A model generated the notes under the pieces. That model saw nothing but the letters and a program-made list of their open reading frames with translations, had not been told where the DNA came from and ran no database searches. Positions 29,156 to 41,030 of a stretch of DNA of 64,000 nucleotides are shown here, piece by piece. Each line of letters begins with the position of its first letter. Within the stretch, counting starts at the first letter, position 1. Source of the DNA: an uncultured Acidobacteriota bacterium (lineage in GTDB: Bacteria > Acidobacteriota > Thermoanaerobaculia > Multivoradales > UBA5704); contig OY969474.1 in assembly GCA_963700145.1 (NCBI GenBank), forward strand, positions 4,768,001 through 4,832,000, written 5' to 3'. Made by a program: the position numbers and the translations under genes.

Positions 29156-30934
29156 ATGAGCGATCAGCAAACGCCTCAGGGCGACCTCCAGGACCTCGCC
29201 GACCTGGCGCGGCGGTTCACCGCGCGCGGGCAGTACGACGAGGCCGCGGAGCTCTTCCTTCTCGCCTTGCGCATCGACCCGCGCAACCTCGGGGTCAAGA
29301 TGGGCCTCGCCGAGGTGCGCAAGCTCCTGCGCCAGCAGGCCGGCAAGCCGCAGCGCAGCCTGCGCGACCTGCTGCGCGAGCAGCTTCGCCGCAACGCCAT
29401 CGACGCCGCGCACTTCCTCGGCCTCGCCCACCTCTACGCGGAGAAAGGCGAGCACGCCCGCGCCTGCGAGTGCCTGGAGATCGCCAAGGCCAAGGACCTC
29501 GCCGACCCGGCGCACCACAAGCTGCACGGGCGCGTGCTCTACCGGCGCAAGGACTTCGACGGCGCCGCCGAGGAGTTCGCCAAGGCGCTGCGCTTGAACC
29601 CCTTCGACCGCGAGACCGCCGAGAGCCTCGGCCGCGCCGAGTTCGAGCGCAAGCAGTTCGAGGCGGCGCTGCGCGCCTCGATCCACGCCTTCCTCCTCCT
29701 TCACGACGGCGACGAGGAGGGCAACGAGCGGCTGCGCCGGCGCATCCAGACGCTCAAGCAGATCCTGGGCTGGGGCAACCGCGAGCTCACCGCCGTCTTC
29801 CACGACCAGCAGGAGCACCTGCGCACCGCCTTCGAGCGGCTGGAGTGGCACCGCGAGCGCTTTCTCGAGGAAGGCGGGCTGCCGCGCACCGCCGCGCTCT
29901 TCGGCGTCCCGTCGCGCAAGCCGACCGGCGGCCAGATCGAGCTCGCCGGGCGCCTGCGCCGCCAGCGTGTCCTGGCGCACTTCTCCGACGAGCAGATCTT
30001 CCGCCTGACGCGCACCGTCGAAGAGGAAGTCCACGAGCTGGGCAGCCTGGTCTTCGCCTACCGCAGCCAGGGGCGCGACCTGTATCTCCTCGAGCGCGGC
30101 ACGGTCACTTTCCAGCGCCCCACCTCCTACGGCACCTTCCTGCTCGGCAAGGTCGAGGCCGGCGAGCTGTTCGGCGAGTCGAGCTTCATCACCCGTCACG
30201 AGCGCAGTGCCGACGCGGTGGCCGAGGGGCCCTGCCAGGTCTTCCGTCTCGACGCCGCCGGGCTGGAGCACCTGGTCGAGGACACGCCGGAGCTCGGCGC
30301 GCAGCTCTACTGGGGGCTGTGGCACGCGCTGGCGCGGAAGCTCCGCTCGACGAACGAGACGCTCAAGAGCTTCTTCAACTCGGACACGGCGCCGGAGAAC
30401 TTCCTCCGCCTGCGTCGTCAGCAGACGGGGGCGGCGGCGAACGTGGTGGTGGAGTCGTCGGACAAGATCCGGCTCTTCCGCGAGCAGGGGCTGTCGCGCC
30501 GCGAGCTGATGACGCTGGCCACGTTCTCGAAGGAGAAGCGCTTCGCCGAGGGGGCCTATCTCTTCCAGGAGGGGGACAAGGGGACGGAGATGTACGTCAT
30601 CCTGGAGGGGCGGGCGCTGATCAGCAAGTACATCCCGGGCGCCGGCGACGAGGCGCTGGCGATCTGCGAGCGCGGCGATTTCTTCGGCGAGATGTCGCTG
30701 ATCGACGGCCAGCCCCGCTCGGCCGACGCCCGCGCGCACGCCGGGCCGCTGACGGTGCTGGCACTCGACCAGGGGACGGTGCGCGAGGTGCTGGCGATGG
30801 ACCCCCACGCCTCGCTGGAGTTTCTCCAGCTCCTCTGCCGCCTGGTCGCCAACCGGCTGCGCGAGATCGACGAGAAAGTCGTCGGCTGGCGAATCATGTC
30901 CGGCGAACGCAACGACGAAAGCGTTTCCGCGTAA
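29156..30934 (+). CDS. TPR protein with two cyclic-nucleotide-binding domains and no HTH
   Basis: N-terminal TPRs; GELFGESSFI..ERSADAVA and GDFFGEMSLIDGQPRSADARA phosphate-binding cassettes. Confidence 0.85.
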   Translation: MSDQQTPQGDLQDLADLARRFTARGQYDEAAELFLLALRIDPRNLGVKMGLAEVRKLLRQQAGKPQRSLRDLLREQLRRNAIDAAHFLGLAHLYAEKGEHARACECLEIAKAKDLADPAHHKLHGRVLYRRKDFDGAAEEFAKALRLNPFDRETAESLGRAEFERKQFEAALRASIHAFLLLHDGDEEGNERLRRRIQTLKQILGWGNRELTAVFHDQQEHLRTAFERLEWHRERFLEEGGLPRTAALFGVPSRKPTGGQIELAGRLRRQRVLAHFSDEQIFRLTRTVEEEVHELGSLVFAYRSQGRDLYLLERGTVTFQRPTSYGTFLLGKVEAGELFGESSFITRHERSADAVAEGPCQVFRLDAAGLEHLVEDTPELGAQLYWGLWHALARKLRSTNETLKSFFNSDTAPENFLRLRRQQTGAAANVVVESSDKIRLFREQGLSRRELMTLATFSKEKRFAEGAYLFQEGDKGTEMYVILEGRALISKYIPGAGDEALAICERGDFFGEMSLIDGQPRSADARAHAGPLTVLALDQGTVREVLAMDPHASLEFLQLLCRLVANRLREIDEKVVGWRIMSGERNDESVSA

Positions 30935-30975
30935 GCCGCCCCAACGGGAGGGCGGGAGCGCGGGGCGGCGCGCCG

Positions 30976-31428
<453 letters not shown>

Positions 31429-31453
31429 CGTCTAGACCTCCGTCCTGCGTCGC

Positions 31454-31862
31454 CTACGCTTCGCCTTCGCGCTCCGTGACCAACCCCACGCGGGTGAACC
31501 CGGCCTCGTTGATCAGCCGCATGACCTGGCGCACCCGCTTGTACTTCAGCCGCCGGTCCCCCTTGACCACGACGTTGCGGTCGGGGTTGTTGTCGAACTG
31601 ATCCTTGAGGATCGCCGGCAGGTTCTCGTCGGTGATCCACTTGTCCTTGACGTAGACGTTGCCGTCCTGCTTCACCGAGACGACGAGGTCGCGCTCGGTG
31701 TCGGGCATCTTCTCCGGCTGGGTGGTCTCCGGCAGCGCCACGTCGATCCCCTTCTGCAGCATCGGCGTGACGACCATGAAGATGATCAGCAGCACCAGGC
31801 AGACGTCGACCAGCGGAGTGACGTTGATGTCACTCTGCATGCCGATCTTGAAGATGTCGTGC

Positions 31863-31882
<20 letters not shown>
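31454..31882 (-). CDS. ExbD/TolR family protein
   Basis: SDINVTPLVDVCLVLLIIFMV, VVKGD. Confidence 0.92.
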
Positions 31883-32555
<673 letters not shown>

Positions 32556-32591
32556 GGCTTCTCCTTTGGTCTTCGTTAACCTGGCCAGGCG

Positions 32592-33350
32592 CTACTGCAC
32601 CTGGAAGTTGACGGTCAGCGTGTAATAGACCTTGACCGGTCGGCCCTGCAGCGTCGCCGGCTTGAAACGCCAGTTCTGTACCGCTTCCAGGGCGGCCCGG
32701 TCGAGACCCATGGGCAGTCCCTTGAGGACGCGCGCGTTCACCACGCGCCCGCTTTCGTCGATGATCGCCTCGATGATGACGATGCCGGTCAGCCGCGCCT
32801 TGCGCGCCATCTCGGTGTAGACCGGGTTGGAGCCGGAGAGCTTCTCCGGCCGGGTGACCGCGCCGCCCACCCGCAGCGGCTCGTCGTTGGTGACGCCCCC
32901 CGGAACGCCCCCCGGGACGCCCCCCTCGACGCCGCCCGGGACGCCTCCCGGAACGCCGCCGGGGACGCCTCCCGGGACGCCTCCCGGGACGCCGACCAGG
33001 TTCTCGCTGACCGGCTCGGAGGTCGGCTCGGGGATCTCCTCCGGCACCTCGACCGGCTGCACCGGCTCGGTGGGGATGATCCTCGGCACCTCCTTCGGCA
33101 CCTCCGGCTTCGGCGTCGACGGCGCCGGGGGCGGCGGCGGCGGGGGAGGCGGCGGCGGGGGCGGCGGCGCCGAGGTCACGAAGAGCACGTTGATCGGCGG
33201 CTCGGGCACCTCGTCCACCTGCCAGTAGCTGGCGAGCAGGAAGGCGCCGCCGACCAAGACGTGCAGGAGGATCGCGATCGGCAGGATGAAGACCCGCCGC
33301 GACTTCTTGTGGCTCTTTTCGGACAGGGAGAGCAGTGAGTTCTCGAACAT
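32592..33350 (-). CDS. Energy transducer TonB
   Basis: N-terminal TM with His, poly-Pro, (PGGV)n repeats, TonB C-domain YTEMARKA..WRFKPA. Confidence 0.92.
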   Translation of the reverse strand: MFENSLLSLSEKSHKKSRRVFILPIAILLHVLVGGAFLLASYWQVDEVPEPPINVLFVTSAPPPPPPPPPPPPPPAPSTPKPEVPKEVPRIIPTEPVQPVEVPEEIPEPTSEPVSENLVGVPGGVPGGVPGGVPGGVPGGVEGGVPGGVPGGVTNDEPLRVGGAVTRPEKLSGSNPVYTEMARKARLTGIVIIEAIIDESGRVVNARVLKGLPMGLDRAALEAVQNWRFKPATLQGRPVKVYYTLTVNFQVQ

Positions 33351-33362
33351 GGTCGCTCCCGT

Positions 33363-34214
33363 CTAAGTGCCTTCGTTGCCTTTGGTCTCGGCGGCCGCCT
33401 TGGCCGCCGCCTTCTTCTCGGCCTCCTGCTGCTTCTTGCGCAGGTCGAGGGCCTTCTTCATCCATTCGTCGGCCAGAGCCACGTACTCCAGCCGCTTGGT
33501 GCCGTCCATCTCCAGCTTGGCCTTCTCGCGGAACATCAGGTTGTAGTAGGCCATGGCCTCGAAGTAATCGGGCTTGACGTCGAGCGCCCGCTTCAGGGCC
33601 TCGAGGCCGGTGTCCACCATCTTGCTGCGCTGCTCGTAGTTGAGGTTGGGATTGCGGTACGCCTGGTCCCAGGCCGAGACGCCGACCGAGTAGAGGACCT
33701 CGGCCTGGTTGGGGCCGGTCATCTGCTGCGCCACCTGCCAGGCCTCGTCGTACCGGCCGGCCTGGATCAGGATGTTGACCTGGGCGCGGATGATGTCGGG
33801 ATCCTGCGGATCGCCGCGCTCGCGCAAGTACGCGAGCGCCTCGTCGAAGCGCTTGGTCTGGACCAGGGTGGTGAGGAGGTACTCGCGGACCTTCTCGTTG
33901 TCGGGGTAGTCCTCGAGATACTTCTTGAAGCCATCGATCGCCGTCTCGGCGTACTGCATGTTCTGCGGGCTCGGGTCGCCCGGGCGGAAGAGGGCGAGGG
34001 CGGTCAGCCCCGCCGAGCGCCAGGCGAAGGTGGCGCTGGGGTCGAGCTCGAGGCCCTTCTTGAAATGGGCCAGCGCCTGCCGGTACTCCTCCTGCTGGTA
34101 GAACGCGTTGCCCTGCTTGAACTCGACCCGCGCCTGCACCTTGTTGCAGCCCGCGAGCAGCGGCGCCGCGAGGAGCGCTACGGCGAAGACGACCTTCGTT
34201 CTATGCATTGTCAC
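33363..34214 (-). CDS. TPR lipoprotein
   Basis: Lipobox LAGC; TPR helices; first gene of the TonB-ExbBD operon. Confidence 0.8.
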   Translation of the reverse strand: MTMHRTKVVFAVALLAAPLLAGCNKVQARVEFKQGNAFYQQEEYRQALAHFKKGLELDPSATFAWRSAGLTALALFRPGDPSPQNMQYAETAIDGFKKYLEDYPDNEKVREYLLTTLVQTKRFDEALAYLRERGDPQDPDIIRAQVNILIQAGRYDEAWQVAQQMTGPNQAEVLYSVGVSAWDQAYRNPNLNYEQRSKMVDTGLEALKRALDVKPDYFEAMAYYNLMFREKAKLEMDGTKRLEYVALADEWMKKALDLRKKQQEAEKKAAAKAAAETKGNEGT

Positions 34215-34294
34215 CTCTCTCAGAGCGAGATGGGCCGACCGCAGTTCGCGAGTTCGCGTTCCCAGGCTCCGCGGGCAGGTACTTGGGGAGCGCG

Positions 34295-34322
34295 AGTCTA
34301 ACTCTCATAGGGCTCCTGTCAA
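34295..34322 (-). promoter_or_regulatory. sigma70-type promoter of the TPR-tonB-exbB-exbD operon
   Basis: TTGACA-N16-TAGACT on the minus strand. Confidence 0.6.
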
Positions 34323-35599
34323 GCTGGCACCTCTTGCAAAGCGGGCGCCCGCTTCTCCCCTTTAGACACCACGACCGCCGCCGCCAGATCCCCGCTGACG
34401 TTGAGGACCGTCCGGCACATGTCCAGGAAGCGATCGACGCCCAGGATCAGGCCGATCCCCTCGACCGGGATGCCGACCAGGCCGAGGATCATGGCGACCA
34501 CCGGGATCGAGCCGGAGGGGACGCCGGCGGTGCCGATCCCCCCCAGGATGCAGATCACCACCACCGTCGCCTGCTGGGCGAGCGTCAGCTCGATGCCGTA
34601 GAACTGCGCCAGGAAGAGGACGGTTACCCCCTCGAAGAGGGCGGTGCCGTTCTGGTTCATGGTGGCGCCGACGGTGAGGACGAAGCGGCTGACGGCGGGG
34701 GGGAGCCGCAGCTCCTCCTCGGCGACCCGCAGGGCTGTGGGCAGGGTGGCGTTGCTGGACGAGGTCGAGAAGGCGGTGACCATCGCCTCCTGAATGCCGC
34801 GGAAGAAGGCCACCGGGCTCATGCCGCCCAGCAGGCGCACCGCGAGCGAGTAAACGACGAGCTGATGCAATGCCAGGGCCAGCAGCACGACGAAGACGTA
34901 GCGGGCGAGCTGGGCGAGGATCTCGTAGCCCAGGTCGGCGGTGAGGTTGAAGAGCAGGGCGAAGACGCCGATCGGGGCCACGGCCAGGACGACGTGGATC
35001 AGCCGCATGCTGATCTCGAAGAGGCCCTCGACGGCGTGGCCGAAGCGCTCGGCGGCCGGCGTCTGGGTGAGGGCGAGGCCGATCCCCACCATGAGGGAGA
35101 AGAAGATGACCGCCAACATGTCGCCGTTGGCTGCCGCCTTGACCGGGTTGTCGGGGACGATGTTGGTGAGCAGGTCCATCCCGGTGGCCGGGGCGGCGGC
35201 GGTCGAGAGGTTGGCCGAGCGCTCGGCGGCGCCGGCGAGCAGCCGCTGGCGGAGCTCGGGCGAGATGCCGTCCCCGGGCCGGATGACGTTGACCAGGGTG
35301 ATGCCGATGAGCACCGCGATCGCCGAGACGACGACGGTGTAGGCGAGGGTCTTCGCCCCCACCCGGCCGAGGTTCCGCGGGTCCCCCATGCCGGCCACCC
35401 CGAGCACCAGGGCCGAGAAGAGGAGCGGGATGACCAGCATGAAGAGCAGCCGGAGGAAGATCTTCCCCACCGGGCCGGTGACGTAGGTGACGAAGGTCTT
35501 GAGGGCGGGGTCGTCGCCGAGCAGCAGGTGGGCGGCGATGCCGAGCAGGGCGCCGAGGGCGCCGCCGATCAGGATGCGGCTGTGGAGGGAGATCCGCAT
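34319..35599 (-). CDS. Dicarboxylate/amino acid:cation symporter (GltT/DctA family)
   Basis: AFSTSSSNATLP, GATMNQNGT, GTAGVPSG, DRFLDMCRT.LNV.GD. Confidence 0.93.
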   Translation of the reverse strand: MRISLHSRILIGGALGALLGIAAHLLLGDDPALKTFVTYVTGPVGKIFLRLLFMLVIPLLFSALVLGVAGMGDPRNLGRVGAKTLAYTVVVSAIAVLIGITLVNVIRPGDGISPELRQRLLAGAAERSANLSTAAAPATGMDLLTNIVPDNPVKAAANGDMLAVIFFSLMVGIGLALTQTPAAERFGHAVEGLFEISMRLIHVVLAVAPIGVFALLFNLTADLGYEILAQLARYVFVVLLALALHQLVVYSLAVRLLGGMSPVAFFRGIQEAMVTAFSTSSSNATLPTALRVAEEELRLPPAVSRFVLTVGATMNQNGTALFEGVTVLFLAQFYGIELTLAQQATVVVICILGGIGTAGVPSGSIPVVAMILGLVGIPVEGIGLILGVDRFLDMCRTVLNVSGDLAAAVVVSKGEKRAPALQEVPA

Positions 35600-35728
35600 G
35601 GCCTCGAGAGGCAGGCGGGGATCGTAGAGGAAAAGGGGACGGGCGCAAAGCGGCGCGCTCCCTTGGCTCCGCCCGGCGCCGCGTGACAGACTCCGCCGGC
35701 TCGAAAACAGGGCCCGTCCCAGACGGAG

Positions 35729-37516
35729 GTGCGCGTGCTGCGAGGCCTCTTCCGCACCAAGTCGCTCAACGCCATCCTCGCCTCGACCGAGGCGCCGGAG
35801 CTGGCGCTCAAACGCTCGCTCGGCGCGGTGCAGCTCACCATGCTGGGGATCGGCGCGGTGATCGGCGCCGGCATCTTCTCGACGGTCGGCACCGCGGCGG
35901 CGGGCGGCGCCAACCACCCCGGCGCGGGCCCGGCGCTCATCCTCTCGTTCGTCCTCACCGCCGTGACCTGCGGCTTCGCCGCCCTCTGCTACGCCGAGTT
36001 CGCGTCGATGGTGCCGGTCTCCGGCTCGGCCTACACCTACTCCTACGCCACGTTGGGCGAGCTGGTGGGGTGGATCATCGGCTGGGACCTGATCATCGAG
36101 TACGCGGTCGGCAACGTGGCGGTGGCGATCTCCTGGTCCGGGTACTTCCAGGAGCTGCTGCGCGGCTTCGGCCTGGAGCTCCCGAAGTGGCTGGGGACCG
36201 ACTACCGCACCGCCTTCCAGGCCGCCGAGCAGGTGGCGGGCGCGCGCGCCGACGGCGTCGACCCCGCGACGCTGGGGATCGCGGTCGAGCGCGCCGCCCA
36301 GGCCCTGGTCGACGCGCCGCGGCTCCTCGGGTTCCCGCTCGTCTTCAACCTGCCGGCCTTCCTCATCGTCATGCTGGTGACCTGCGTGCTGGTCGTCGGG
36401 ATCAGGGAGAGCGCCTGGTTCAACACCTCGATGGTGGCGCTCAAGCTCGCGATCATCGGCTTCTTCGTGGTCCTCGGCGCCTTCTACGTCAAGCCCGAGA
36501 ACTGGACGCCGTTCGCCCCCAACGGCTTCGCCGGCATCGCCGGGGCGGCGGCGATCATCTTCTTCGCCTACATCGGCTTCGACGCCGTCTCGACCGCGGC
36601 GGAGGAGACCAAGAACCCGAAGCGGGACATGCCGATCGCCATCCTCGGCAGCCTCGCCGTCTGCACGGTGATCTACATCGCGGTGGCCGCGGTCTTGACC
36701 GGCATGCTCCCCTGGCGGCAGCTCGGCACCGCCGAGCCGCTGGCCACCGCCTTCTCCGGGCTGGGGATGACCTGGCCGGCCTTCATCATCTCGCTCGGCG
36801 CGGTCTTCGCCACCACCTCGGTGCTCGTCGTCTTCCAGCTCGGCCAGCCGCGCATCTTCTTCTCGATGGCGCGCGACGGCCTGCTACCGCCCTGGGCCGC
36901 CAAGGTCCACCCGCGTTACCGCACCCCGCACGTCACCACCTGGGTGACCGGCATCGTGGTCGCCGTCTTCGCCGGCCTCGCCAACATCAACGAGGTCGTC
37001 GAGCTGACCAACATCGGCACCCTCTTCGCCTTTCTGCTGGTCTGCGTCGGGGTGACGATCCTGCGCTACAAGGACCCGGGGCGGCCGCGCGGCTTCCGGG
37101 TGCCGTTCGGGCCCTGGATCGTGCCGATGCTGGGCGCCGCCTCCTGCCTCTTCCTGATGTTCTACCTGCCGCCCGCCTCCTGGTGGCGTTTCATCGGCTG
37201 GCTGGTCCTGGGGATGGCCGTCTATCTCTTCTACGGCTACAGCCACAGCGCGGTCGGGCGGGAAGCGGGCCGACCGGCGCGCACGACCGGCGCCCAGGAG
37301 ACCGCCGCGCTCGGCTTCCTCCTCGCCGCCGCGGGCCTCTTCTTCATTCCCCACGACGCCGGCCCCGCCGAGCTGCTGCGCGAGGCCGTCACCAGCGGCG
37401 CCGAAGGCCACTGGCGGGCGCTCGGCGGGCTGTCGCTCCTGGCGGTAGGTGCAGTCCTCGCCGCCGCCGGCGCGGCCCTCGAGACGCGGCGGGCGGTGCA
37501 GAGCCGGGGGGCATGA
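35729..37516 (+). CDS. APC-family amino acid permease
   Basis: [44 protein letters not shown]. Confidence 0.93.
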   Translation: MRVLRGLFRTKSLNAILASTEAPELALKRSLGAVQLTMLGIGAVIGAGIFSTVGTAAAGGANHPGAGPALILSFVLTAVTCGFAALCYAEFASMVPVSGSAYTYSYATLGELVGWIIGWDLIIEYAVGNVAVAISWSGYFQELLRGFGLELPKWLGTDYRTAFQAAEQVAGARADGVDPATLGIAVERAAQALVDAPRLLGFPLVFNLPAFLIVMLVTCVLVVGIRESAWFNTSMVALKLAIIGFFVVLGAFYVKPENWTPFAPNGFAGIAGAAAIIFFAYIGFDAVSTAAEETKNPKRDMPIAILGSLAVCTVIYIAVAAVLTGMLPWRQLGTAEPLATAFSGLGMTWPAFIISLGAVFATTSVLVVFQLGQPRIFFSMARDGLLPPWAAKVHPRYRTPHVTTWVTGIVVAVFAGLANINEVVELTNIGTLFAFLLVCVGVTILRYKDPGRPRGFRVPFGPWIVPMLGAASCLFLMFYLPPASWWRFIGWLVLGMAVYLFYGYSHSAVGREAGRPARTTGAQETAALGFLLAAAGLFFIPHDAGPAELLREAVTSGAEGHWRALGGLSLLAVGAVLAAAGAALETRRAVQSRGA

Positions 37517-39522
37517 CCCTCACCCTCCTCGCCACCGCCTTCCTGGCCTTGATGGCCGTTGCCTACCGGCTCTACGGCGGCTGGGTGGCGAAGCAGTTCG
37601 CGCTCGACGACGGGCGGACGACGCCGGCGCGGGCGCTGGAGGACGGGGTGGATTACGTCCCCACCCGCCCCTTCTACCTCTTCGCCCAGCACTTCGCGGC
37701 CATCGCCGCCGCCGGGCCGATCGCCGGGCCGATCATCGCCGCCCAGGCCTATGGCTGGCTGCCGTGCCTGCTCTGGATCGGCCTCGGAGTGGTGCTGATC
37801 GGCGCGGTCCACGACTTCGCCAGCCTCACCGCCTCGGTGCGCCACGGCGCCCGGTCGGTGGCCGAGATCGCGCGCGAGCACCTGGGCCGGCGCGCCGGCC
37901 TGGCGATGATGGCCTTCATCTGGATCGCGCTCGTCTACGTCATCGTCGCCTTCGCCGACATCACGGCGCGCAGCTTCGTCGTCGGCAGCGAGGAGCTGGC
38001 CGGCGCGACCGCCGGGGACGGTTTCCACCCCGGCGGCGCCGTCGCCGCGGCCTCGGTCCTCTACCTCCTCCTCTCGCTCGTCCTCGGCTTGGTGCAGCGG
38101 TACCTCAAGCCGCCGCTCTGGCTGGCGACCGCCGTCTTCGTCCCCGCCGCCTTCGCCCTCGCCTGGCTGGGGACCAGGCTCTCCCACCTCTTCGTCCTCG
38201 ACTACAAGGTCTGGGTCTTCGGCATCCTGGCCTACTGCGCCCTCGCCTCGGTGGTGCCGGTCTGGACGCTGCTGCAGCCGCGCGGCTACCTCGGCGGCTT
38301 CATCCTCTACTCGGCGCTGGCGCTGGGGGTGATCGGCATCTTCTTCGGCGGCTACGAGATCCGCCAGGCGCCGTTCAAGACCTGGGACGTGGGCGGCATG
38401 ACCGGCACCCTCTTCCCCTTCCTCTTCGTCACCATCGCCTGCGGCGCCTGCTCGGGCTTCCACGGCCTGGTCTGCTCGGGCACCACCTCGAAGCAGGTGG
38501 ACCGCGAGTCCCACCTCCAGCCGGTGGGCTTCGGCGCCATGCTCGCCGAGGGGTTCGTGGCGGTCATCGCGCTGGTGACGGTGATGATCGCGGCGCCGTC
38601 CGAGCTCGAGGGCCTCGCGCCGGGGACCGTCTACGGCAACGGCATCGGCCGCTTCCTGACCCTGCTGATCGGCGCCGAGCGGCTGCCCTTCGCCATCACC
38701 TTCGGCGCCATGGCCTTCTCGACCTTCGTCTTCGATACCCTCGACGTCTGCACCCGCCTCGGCCGCTACATCGTGCAGGAGCTGTGCGGCTGGCGCGGCC
38801 CGGCCGGGGTGGCGGCCGGGACCCTCGCCACGATCGTCCCGCCCGTCCTCCTCCTCGGTTGGGCGGGGGAGGGGATGTGGGCCAAGTTCTGGACCCTCTT
38901 CGGCGCCTCGAACCAGCTCCTGGCGGCGCTCACGCTCCTCGCCGTCACCGTCTGGCTCCACCAGGCGCGCCGGCGGCTGGCCTTCACCTTGCTTCCGATG
39001 CTCTTCGTGCTGACGATCACCCTCTGGGCGCTGGGCAAGCTCTTCGTCGCCAACCTGGCGGCCACCGAGGGGCTCGACGTCGAGCTGATCAACGCGGTGG
39101 CCTCCGGCCTCCTCGTCGTCCTCGCCCTCTACTTCGTGGTCGCCGCCCTGGTGAAAGTCGTCCTCGACCGGCGGCGCGGCGCACTGCCGGCGGCCGCGCT
39201 CCTGGTCCTCCTCGCCCTCGGCGTCGGGCTCGGCGCCGGGCCGTACCCGTGCCGGATGGAAGACCAGGCGGGGCAAGCGACCGCGGCGGAGCCACCCCCG
39301 TGCCACGCCGGCATGGCGCAGAACGCGCCAGAAGGTGCAGGCGACGAGGGCGACACCGACCCCGAGCGCCTCCTCTGCGACAAGGCGTGCGGCGCGCCGG
39401 CGACCGTCGCCGCCCAGCCGGCCCTCGCCGCCATGGAGCCGCTCGAGCGGCTGGCAACGGTTCGCGTGCAGCTTCTCCCCACCCGCTTCACGCCACCCCT
39501 CGACCACATCCCCCTCGCCTGA
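37513..39522 (+). CDS. cstA: Carbon starvation CstA-family transporter with a ~115-aa C-terminal DUF2946-like extension
   Basis: [55 protein letters not shown]; frame continues to ...CDKAC...PPLDHIPLA*. Confidence 0.85.
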   Translation: MTLTLLATAFLALMAVAYRLYGGWVAKQFALDDGRTTPARALEDGVDYVPTRPFYLFAQHFAAIAAAGPIAGPIIAAQAYGWLPCLLWIGLGVVLIGAVHDFASLTASVRHGARSVAEIAREHLGRRAGLAMMAFIWIALVYVIVAFADITARSFVVGSEELAGATAGDGFHPGGAVAAASVLYLLLSLVLGLVQRYLKPPLWLATAVFVPAAFALAWLGTRLSHLFVLDYKVWVFGILAYCALASVVPVWTLLQPRGYLGGFILYSALALGVIGIFFGGYEIRQAPFKTWDVGGMTGTLFPFLFVTIACGACSGFHGLVCSGTTSKQVDRESHLQPVGFGAMLAEGFVAVIALVTVMIAAPSELEGLAPGTVYGNGIGRFLTLLIGAERLPFAITFGAMAFSTFVFDTLDVCTRLGRYIVQELCGWRGPAGVAAGTLATIVPPVLLLGWAGEGMWAKFWTLFGASNQLLAALTLLAVTVWLHQARRRLAFTLLPMLFVLTITLWALGKLFVANLAATEGLDVELINAVASGLLVVLALYFVVAALVKVVLDRRRGALPAAALLVLLALGVGLGAGPYPCRMEDQAGQATAAEPPPCHAGMAQNAPEGAGDEGDTDPERLLCDKACGAPATVAAQPALAAMEPLERLATVRVQLLPTRFTPPLDHIPLA

Positions 39523-39585
39523 GCGCTCCCAGTCCCTGAGGCCCGTCCCGCCGATGGTCGGCGGGAGCCGTCGAGGAGCATCTCC

Positions 39586-41007
39586 ATGCGCGAGCACCAC
39601 CCGATCGCCTGTTCGCTTTTCGCCGCGGCCCTCTGGCTCGCGGCGCCCCTGGCCGCCCAGCACCAGCACGAGCCGCCACCCAGACCGCCCGAGGAGCAGG
39701 CGGAGCCGCGTCCCGCCCAGCCGCCGCCGGCCGAGAAGCCGGCGGAGCCCGCGCCCCCCGCCGAGCACGGCGAGCACGCCGCCGCCGCGGAGGGCGGCCA
39801 TGCCGCCGGCGCCGGCCACGCCATTCCCGCCTTCTACGGGCCCTACCCGATGACTCGCGAGTCCTCCGGCACCGCCTGGCAGCCGGAGTCGGCGCCGCAC
39901 CCGGGGCACCATTTCCGCCACGGCGACTGGGACCTGATGCTCCACGGCCATGCCGCCCTCATCTACGACGAGCAGGACGGCCCGCGCGGCGACAGCGACC
40001 TCTTCAGCGCCAACATGCTGATGCTGATGGGCAACCGCCCGGCCGGCCGCGGGCGCGCCGGCTTCCGCGCCATGCTCTCGGCCGAGCCCTGGACGATCGG
40101 CGACGAGGGCTACCCGCTGCTGCTGCAGACCGGCGAGACCGCCGACGGCCGCACGCCGCTGGTCGACCGCCAGCACCCGCATGACCTCTTCATGGAGCTG
40201 GCTGGCACTTACACCCTGCCGCTCGACGGCGACTCCTCGGTCTTCGTCTACCTGGCCCTGCCGGGGGAGCCGGCGCTCGGGCCGCCGGCCTTCATGCACC
40301 GCTTCAGCGGCTGGGAGAACCCGGAGGCGCCGCTCGCCCACCACTGGCTCGACTCGACGCACATCACCTACGGCGTCGCCACGCTCGGCTGGGTGCGCGG
40401 CGGCTGGAAGCTCGAGGGGTCGCTCTTCACCGGCCGCGAGCCGGACGAGCGGCGCGAGGACTTGGAGGGGCCGAAGATGGACTCCTGGTCGCTGCGCGCC
40501 TCCTGGCAGCCGGCGCCCGACTGGTCGTTCCAGGTAAGCCACGGCCGGCTGGAGAGCCCCGAGCAGCTCGAGCCGGAGGTGGACACCGCGCGCACCAGCG
40601 CCTCGGCCATCTACAACCGCCGGCTGGCGGGCGGCACCTGGCAGACCACGTTCGCCTGGGGCCGGAACGCCAAGGACCCGGGCGCGACGACGGACGCCCT
40701 GCTGCTGGAGTCGGCCCTGGGCCGCGGCCGCCACACCGTCTTCGCCCGCGCCGAGCGGCTGGAGAACGACGAGCTGTTCGGGCACGGCCATGAAGATGGA
40801 AACGGCCACGGCGAGGACCACCTCGAAGGACGCGTCTTCACCGTCGGCAAGCTGACCCTCGGCGGCCTCGACGACTTCTGGACGCGCGGCGCGCTGCGGG
40901 CCGGCGCCGGCGCCCTGGTGAGCGTCGCGCTGCTGCCGCGCGAGCTGGAAGAAACCTACGGCGACACGCCTCTCTCCTGGATGGTCTTCGCCCGCCTGCG
41001 GCTGTAG
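39586..41007 (+). CDS. His-rich exported protein, probable outer-membrane beta-barrel (metal-related)
   Basis: Signal peptide then QHQH and His-rich linker; RESSGTAWQP, DRQHPHDLFMEL, HHWLDSTHI; amphipathic C-terminal strand. Confidence 0.7.
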   Translation: MREHHPIACSLFAAALWLAAPLAAQHQHEPPPRPPEEQAEPRPAQPPPAEKPAEPAPPAEHGEHAAAAEGGHAAGAGHAIPAFYGPYPMTRESSGTAWQPESAPHPGHHFRHGDWDLMLHGHAALIYDEQDGPRGDSDLFSANMLMLMGNRPAGRGRAGFRAMLSAEPWTIGDEGYPLLLQTGETADGRTPLVDRQHPHDLFMELAGTYTLPLDGDSSVFVYLALPGEPALGPPAFMHRFSGWENPEAPLAHHWLDSTHITYGVATLGWVRGGWKLEGSLFTGREPDERREDLEGPKMDSWSLRASWQPAPDWSFQVSHGRLESPEQLEPEVDTARTSASAIYNRRLAGGTWQTTFAWGRNAKDPGATTDALLLESALGRGRHTVFARAERLENDELFGHGHEDGNGHGEDHLEGRVFTVGKLTLGGLDDFWTRGALRAGAGALVSVALLPRELEETYGDTPLSWMVFARLRL

Positions 41008-41030
41008 AGTCGCGGCGCCGGAAAAAACCC

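Noticed and set aside
32895-32995. 12-bp tandem repeats in tonB
   Set aside because: They encode the (PGGV)n linker; a coding low-complexity repeat, not a separate element
35620-35728. Possible riboswitch between the symporter and the APC permease (GGGACGGGC/GCCCGTCCC arms, GCAAA motif)
   Set aside because: Does not match the c-di-GMP, glycine or lysine consensus that I can recognise; one 9-bp stem in GC-rich DNA is weak evidence
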